A stretch of 48,410 bases of DNA from Anaerolineae bacterium (GTDB lineage Bacteria > Chloroflexota > Anaerolineae > Epilineales > JAANWY01), in contig JBHIAO010000002.1 of NCBI GenBank assembly GCA_046758565.1, positions 1 to 48,410 of the forward strand. The letters are read 5' to 3'. Of this stretch, positions 44,118 through 48,410 are shown one piece after another; position 1 is the first letter of the stretch; each line of letters starts with the position of its first letter. Under the pieces are notes generated by a model. It saw only the letters and a list, made by a program, of their open reading frames with translations, did not search any database and was not told where the DNA came from. Position numbers and translations under genes: made by a program.

Positions 44118-44681
44118 ATGATGGCTGTGGAAGTTCTCCGCCGAACCTTTACGGTTGAGGAGTATCACCAGATGATTGAGGCCGGCGTGCTAACCGAGGA
44201 TGATCGCGTTGAGCTTTTGGAGGGGGAGATTGTTAAGATGACGGCACTGGGGAGCCCACATGCGGGTTGTGTGAACCGACTTAACCAGCTCTTTTCGGAC
44301 CAGGTGCGGAGGAGAGCCATTGTCAGCGTCCAAAATCCGGTTCAGTTGAGCGAGCATTCCGAACCGGAGCCTGACCTTGCTTTGCTTCAACCGAGATCTG
44401 ATTTCTACGCGGAGTCTCATCCGAAGCCGGAAGAAGTCCTGTTAGTTGTAGAAGTCGCTGAAACCTCTGTAGGGTACGATCGGGAGACCAAGATACCAGC
44501 CTATGCCCAGGCCGGCATCGTGGAAGCTTGGCTGGTTGATCTGGTTGCCGAGGTGGTAGAAATCTACTCGGATCCTTCCGCACACGGCTACCGGGAGATA
44601 CGCCGGCTGTGGCGTGGCGATTCGCTGGCCCCTCAGGCGCTTCCTGACGTAGAACTGGCAGTGGATGATGTGCTTTGGTAG
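44118..44681 (+). CDS. Uma2 family (DUF820) putative endonuclease
   Basis: FTVEEYHQM, VELLEGEI, SEPEPDL, LVVEVAETS, DRETK..YAQAGI. AAGGAGG RBS. Confidence 0.9.
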   Translation: MMAVEVLRRTFTVEEYHQMIEAGVLTEDDRVELLEGEIVKMTALGSPHAGCVNRLNQLFSDQVRRRAIVSVQNPVQLSEHSEPEPDLALLQPRSDFYAESHPKPEEVLLVVEVAETSVGYDRETKIPAYAQAGIVEAWLVDLVAEVVEIYSDPSAHGYREIRRLWRGDSLAPQALPDVELAVDDVLW

Positions 44682-44753
44682 GGCTTTTTATTCGGTCTCG
44701 CTTGCGGAAGCTGGAAGTCCTGAGCTCTCCGCCCACATAGGAGGTTGCCTGAG

Positions 44754-46097
44754 ATGAGTACAAACACAAAGGACGACTGGTTCGAACGATGGTGGGCCGC
44801 GATGCCCGAACCCAAGCTGGAACTGATTGATGGCAAGCTCATCATCAGCACGTTGGCCGGCAGCCGGCGGATCATGTTTGAACTGCTCAAGGACTATGGC
44901 CCAGGTCTCGTTTTGCCGATGGCCTCGACCGAGCTGTGGTGGAGGGCCCTACGAGAAGCGTATAGCCCGCAACCCAGACCAGAAATGCCGGCCGAGTGGC
45001 TTGAGTGGGTAGACAGCTTCGACTACGAGCCGGATGTGGCGCCAGCCGGCCCGCGTGGTTCGGCCAAACACCGGCGGATGCAGGATGTTCTCCGTTGGGG
45101 ATTGCACCACTTTGCTGAGGCGACCCGTCTGGGCCGGTCGTTTGGGCCTGACTTCGTGATCCGCCTGGGCGAGGACGGTCCCACGCCGGATGTGATATTT
45201 ATCGACCGGGACCGTCTGGCAAATCTGCGCGATCGTTACCTGGAGGGGCCGCCGGCCATTGCGATTGAGATTGTGCTGGAGGGAAGCGAGGACCAGGATC
45301 GCATCCTCAAGCGCCGGCTGTACGAGCAGGGCGGCGTCCCCGAGTATTGGCTGGTTCAGCCGGAGGAGCTCAAGATCACTTTCTACCGCCTGCAGTCCGA
45401 CGGTCGCTACGAGCCGCTGGTCATCGGCCCACAGGAACTACAGCGGATCGTTGACACGAAAGAAGACAGAATCTACGAATCGGTCGCAGTGCCGGGTTTA
45501 TCGCAGTCCCTGTTGCAACTGTGGACGATGGAAGAACACAGTTGGAAAGACCCCTGGCGACCTTTTCTGCCTGTTGGAGGATACCCCGATGAACTGCCGA
45601 GGCTCAGGGATCACGACGAGGGCATCACGTGGGACTCGATCCCCTTCGCACCGCGTGCTGACCTGGAACCGGTGCTGATTCACTTTGCTGAATATATCTC
45701 ATGGTGTGGCCGGGCGAAGTTCGAGCGTTATGGTGGTGGCCTGAAGATCGATGGCACTGAGGGAACGCGCCGCGTAGCCGGCATGTTACTGATGACGCTC
45801 GGGTTAACCGAGGTAGTCAAGCTGGCCCACCCTCGGGAGTGGGTGGTGTTCCTGGATCGGGACAAGCATCAGGCGACTGTACAGCAGCGTGCCGAACCCT
45901 TCATGCGCCACGCGAAGTACGATTCCCACGAGTTTCGCAAGGACGAGATCTTTTATCACGGTGAGATCCCCCAACTGCCCGATGTGTCTGGCTATGGCGA
46001 TACACCTAACGAGTGTGAACAGGACTTGCGAAAGGTGGTTGAGGGCTGGATTCTGCTGAGGATTGCCCGTCGGGAGGAGATTCCCCGCGCGGATTAG
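44754..46097 (+). CDS. Uma2 family protein with C-terminal HicB-like domain
   Basis: PDVIFI...GPPAIAIEIV...DRILKRRLYEQGGVPEYWLV. The C-terminus FYHGEIPQLPDVSGYGDTPNECEQDLRKVVEGWI...EEIP matches the HicB/UPF0150 pattern. Confidence 0.75.
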   Translation: MSTNTKDDWFERWWAAMPEPKLELIDGKLIISTLAGSRRIMFELLKDYGPGLVLPMASTELWWRALREAYSPQPRPEMPAEWLEWVDSFDYEPDVAPAGPRGSAKHRRMQDVLRWGLHHFAEATRLGRSFGPDFVIRLGEDGPTPDVIFIDRDRLANLRDRYLEGPPAIAIEIVLEGSEDQDRILKRRLYEQGGVPEYWLVQPEELKITFYRLQSDGRYEPLVIGPQELQRIVDTKEDRIYESVAVPGLSQSLLQLWTMEEHSWKDPWRPFLPVGGYPDELPRLRDHDEGITWDSIPFAPRADLEPVLIHFAEYISWCGRAKFERYGGGLKIDGTEGTRRVAGMLLMTLGLTEVVKLAHPREWVVFLDRDKHQATVQQRAEPFMRHAKYDSHEFRKDEIFYHGEIPQLPDVSGYGDTPNECEQDLRKVVEGWILLRIARREEIPRAD

Positions 46098-46137
46098 CGG
46101 GCGGGGCGACGATGAGGGGTTTTCGTCGTTGGGGCCC

Positions 46138-46539
46138 TTAGGTCTGATAATCCTCTTGCTGTTCTGCGACCGCAGCCGCGGTAAGGGCCGACTCCTGCGT
46201 GGCATATAGGTGGGCCGTCATGCCCGCGCGGCGCTCGAGGATGAAGCGCTCGTAGGCCCACTCTAAGACCTGGATGAGTGTTACGTCATGCAGGTCGGCA
46301 TCAGGGACGTCAAAACGCTGCTCCGGGTCTGGAACGAGCCCCGGCTCGTGCAAGTGTGGAATTAGGTAAGCAAAGTCCCAGGCTTCAAAGCCAACCAGTT
46401 CACCGGTCTGCTTATCCTGCCGCTCGAAGAAGTGATGTTCCCCCCCTTCCAAAATAGCCCGGCGCTTCGGCAAGATGTTCACCACGAGGACATCTCGCTC
46501 GGGATGGTATCTGACTTCTAAGGTAGGTCTGCGCTCCAT
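46138..46539 (-). CDS. Hypothetical protein, DUF2283-like N-terminus
   Basis: VRYHPERDVLVVNI...TGELVGFEAWD resembles DUF2283 (YD...D.LYI...G.lvGiEi). Confidence 0.5.
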   Translation of the reverse strand: MERRPTLEVRYHPERDVLVVNILPKRRAILEGGEHHFFERQDKQTGELVGFEAWDFAYLIPHLHEPGLVPDPEQRFDVPDADLHDVTLIQVLEWAYERFILERRAGMTAHLYATQESALTAAAVAEQQEDYQT

Positions 46540-46619
46540 AGCAGTTTACCTTACTCCGTTAGCTGCCTTTAACTACCTCAGGTTGTTCAACACTACTGTA
46601 TCATATGCTGCGCTGCCTG

Positions 46620-48347
46620 TCAACTCTTGGCCTGCCGCAGGTGATCGAACAACTCCTCCAGCGGCCGGCTGTTAATGACATGCCGGCCTTCGGCCCAGCC
46701 GCGCCGGGCCATGGCCACGCCTAGGGGCATGACGCCCAGGCCGTCGGTGCTGTGGGCGTCGGTGCCCAGGCTCAGCAGCACGCCGGCCTCGATGGCCGCC
46801 CGCGTGTGCTCGCCGTCCAGGTCCAGCCGGTTCGGTTGGGCGTTGATCTCCAGGATCGTTCCCGTTTCCTGGGCTGCCCGCAGCACGGCGTCGAAGTCCA
46901 GGTTCAGGCGATCGCGCTGGTTGATGAGCCGGCCTGTGGGGTGGGCGATGATGTCCACGTGGGGGTGATGCATCGCCGCCACGACGCGTCTGGTCATCGT
47001 CTCCCGATCCTGGCGCATGCTGGTGTGGACCGATGCCAGCACGATGTCCAGCTCGGCCAGGACGTCGTCGGGTAGGGCCAGGGTGCCATCGACGCGGATC
47101 TCCAGCTCGATGCCGGCCAGCACCCGGAACGGCGCCAGCTCTTCGTTGAGGGCATCGATCAGTTTGCGCTGTTCGCGCACGCGCTCGGGGGATAACCCCT
47201 GCACAATCCCCAGCCCCTGGCTGTGATCGGTGATGGCGATGTACTCGTAGCCCCACATGGCTGCGCGAGCCATGTCTGCCAGGCTGTCGATGCCATCGCT
47301 CCAGTCGGTGTGCATCTGCAAGTCGCCACGGATCTCTGTGACCTCGATGAGCTGGGGAAGTGAGCCTTCCCGGGCTGCAGCGAGTTCCCCCTGCGCCTCA
47401 CGCAGCTCGGGTGGAATCCACGGCAGCCCCAGCGTGCCATACACCTCTGCCTCGGTTGCACAGCGGATCAAGGAACCGTCTTCCCGCTTGAACCCATGTT
47501 CGCTGAAGCTCAGTCCCTGGCTCAGCGCCAGCTCGCGGAGTTCGATGTTGTGTTGTTTTGAACCGGTGAAGTGCTGCAGAAGCGAGCCGTACTGCTCCGG
47601 TGGCAGGACGTACAGGTCGACCTGCAGCCCATTGTGCAAGATGACCGAGGCTTTGGTGTCGCCGTGGGTTTGAACCTGGGCAATCTCCGGCAGTTTTACG
47701 AAGAAGTCGGTCACCGCCTGTGGGTCGTCGGAGGCAGCCAGCAGGTCGATGTCGCCTACGGTGGGCTTGAGCCGACGCAGGCTGCCGGCGGCGTCGGCGC
47801 GTTGCACAGCCGGGCATTCGTCCAGGCCGGCCAGCAAGCGTTCGGCCACGGGCAGGGCGTCGCCCAGCAGGATGCGCGTGGGCTCGGCCTGCCGTGCGCG
47901 GAGCCGCTCAATGCCTTTGAGGATGTTTTGCTCCGTCTTGGGGCCCAGGCCCTTGAGCTGTCGCAGCCGGCCCTCGCGGGCTGCCTCCTCCACCTGATCG
48001 ATGGTCTCAACACCTAGGGACTCCCAGATCAGCTTGGCAGTCTTGGGTCCGACGTCGGGGATGGCCAGGAGTGCCGTGACGCCGACCGGGATTTCCTCCC
48101 GCAGCCGGCGGTGCTGAGTCAGTTGGCCGGTTTCCAGAATTTCCACGATCTTCTGCGCGATGGCCTCGCCGATGCCCGGGATTTCCTGGAGCTTGCCCTC
48201 GGCAGCGACGTCGGCCATGCTGCGCACATGGCCGGCGATCTGATCGGCCGCTTTCCGAAACGCCTGCACGCGAAATCGGTTCTCGCCTTTCACTTCCAGC
48301 ATATCGGCGAGCTCATAGAAAATTTGCGCAATCTCTTGGTTGGTCAT
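46620..48347 (-). CDS. polX: DNA polymerase X family protein with PHP domain
   Basis: ENRFRVQAF, IPGIG HhH motif, AGSLRR...GDIDLL, VDL, HFTGSKQHN, and PHP motifs HTDWSDG, ITDHS, AHPTGR and TDAH. Confidence 0.95.
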   Translation of the reverse strand: MTNQEIAQIFYELADMLEVKGENRFRVQAFRKAADQIAGHVRSMADVAAEGKLQEIPGIGEAIAQKIVEILETGQLTQHRRLREEIPVGVTALLAIPDVGPKTAKLIWESLGVETIDQVEEAAREGRLRQLKGLGPKTEQNILKGIERLRARQAEPTRILLGDALPVAERLLAGLDECPAVQRADAAGSLRRLKPTVGDIDLLAASDDPQAVTDFFVKLPEIAQVQTHGDTKASVILHNGLQVDLYVLPPEQYGSLLQHFTGSKQHNIELRELALSQGLSFSEHGFKREDGSLIRCATEAEVYGTLGLPWIPPELREAQGELAAAREGSLPQLIEVTEIRGDLQMHTDWSDGIDSLADMARAAMWGYEYIAITDHSQGLGIVQGLSPERVREQRKLIDALNEELAPFRVLAGIELEIRVDGTLALPDDVLAELDIVLASVHTSMRQDRETMTRRVVAAMHHPHVDIIAHPTGRLINQRDRLNLDFDAVLRAAQETGTILEINAQPNRLDLDGEHTRAAIEAGVLLSLGTDAHSTDGLGVMPLGVAMARRGWAEGRHVINSRPLEELFDHLRQAKS

Positions 48348-48410
48348 GGAGCTACCTCGTTACGGCGTTACTCCGCAACATTTGCGTCATGTGCGTGAAT
48401 TATCGCCTCG

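Noticed and set aside
46098-46137. Bidirectional terminator between convergent genes
   Set aside because: Only a short CGACGA/TCGTCG stem with a long loop and no U-tract, which is too weak to call.

Overview
GC-rich bacterial window. Lipoprotein style and the many short palindromic and heptamer repeats are suggestive of Chloroflexota/Anaerolineae (inference). It has three blocks. (1) 1-17.4 kb, minus strand: a catabolic operon with a split xanthine-dehydrogenase-family molybdoenzyme, three divergent SdhA/FrdA-like flavoproteins (one missing the whole capping domain), a stand-alone FrdB-type 2Fe-2S domain, two MmgE/PrpD proteins, an aminotransferase, a partial peptide-type ABC transporter, a GntR regulator and an M20 hydrolase. 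(2) 17.8-41 kb, plus strand: an uncharacterised envelope-modification cluster with a Pol-beta-type nucleotidyltransferase, four B12-binding radical SAM enzymes, one SPASM/Twitch radical SAM, four methyltransferases, three GT-C-type membrane transferases (one fused to a TolB-like propeller), a flippase, an amidohydrolase and a PAP2 phosphatase. This cluster is interrupted by a small cassette: a DUF3800-like (RNase H-like) gene facing a ~79-nt structured RNA that has its own sigma70-type promoter on the opposite strand. (3) 41.4-48.4 kb: tlyA, lepA, two Uma2-family genes (one fused to a HicB-like domain), a DUF2283-like gene and polX. Also present are an IS4-like MITE with a 10-bp target duplication, a second MITE-like element and several REP-like or heptamer repeats, some inserted in frame inside genes. 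No CRISPR array, rRNA or canonical tRNA was seen. All family assignments come from motif recognition by eye, not database searches.
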